Source: Eledone cirrhosa
Taxonomy: Eukaryota
NCBI GenBank assembly: GCA_964016885.1
Contig: OZ024762.1
Location: forward strand, 28,272,001 to 28,336,000
DNA length: 64,000 nucleotides
Direction of reading: 5' to 3'
Part shown: one piece after another, positions 63,411 to 64,000 of the stretch
Position numbering within the stretch: the stretch's first letter is position 1
How the letters are laid out: each line of letters starts with the position of its first letter
The notes under the pieces: generated by a model
What the model was told of the DNA's origin: nothing
What the model saw: the letters and a program-made list of their open reading frames with translations, nothing else
The model's database searches: none
Made by a program: the position numbers and the translations under genes

Positions 63411-64000
63411 TAAAAAAATAATGAATAAAACAATGAAACAGTTCCTTATATTAAACAAAAAAAGTTCATTATTTAACGATCGTTTCTGGGATATATATGT
63501 GTTAGAATTGGCATGTATATTTAACAGATCTATGTACAAAATTATACAAAATTATACAAACTATCAAAATTAAATATACATACCAACTCATATATATGCC
63601 GTCTTCAGAAATAATGAAATATATTTATTGATAATAACAACAATTCAAAATTACAGGTCTGTTTGGGATCAGAGTTCAAATTGACCAATGGAAACACAAA
63701 AAGTTTATACAGTTAGGTGTGTGTATATATGTAAGTAACTTCGTTCACAGATATGCATAAAAATATATGTTCACATGCATACGCATGCCGAAAAGATGTA
63801 TGTAAATACAAAAATTCAGGGCTAATGTCTCTGTATGTTTATAATCTACAGATAAAATACATATACGCATATAAACATATAAATATAAAAATAAATATAT
63901 ACACATTCATATACTCACACATATACATACATTCACACACACACGCGCATATACGCATAAACATACACTAAACCACGAACATACATACACACACACACTC

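Overview
Eukaryotic (metazoan) DNA, by inference a cephalopod mollusc such as Octopus: extreme (TA)n content, Nin/Deu-like tRNA-SINEs and abundant RTE LINEs. The only host gene I can support is the last four coding exons of DNAJC13/RME-8 (+, 2987-7462). The rest is multi-kb (TA)n-type microsatellite packed with mobile elements. These include two RTE subfamilies (one intact 1039-aa APE-RT ORF, with a PHD-type finger inside the RT region), a CR1-group LINE whose ORF1 has a Myb/SANT-like N-terminus, polyQ and two CCCH fingers, a Tx1/L1 3' fragment, Penelope-like elements (Neptune-like and Naiad-like GIY-YIG types), SINEs, and hAT, piggyBac and Merlin-like MITEs. The most notable unannotated layer is about 16 type-I hammerhead ribozyme motifs from about 8 sequence families. 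One set is an ORF-less, 316-nt-period tandem/inverted array with a U3:A8 core (23.5-24.2 kb) that looks like a non-autonomous retrozyme able to yield a circular RNA. The many 'YIYI' ORFs in the track are microsatellite artefacts. All calls were made by eye and boundaries are approximate.
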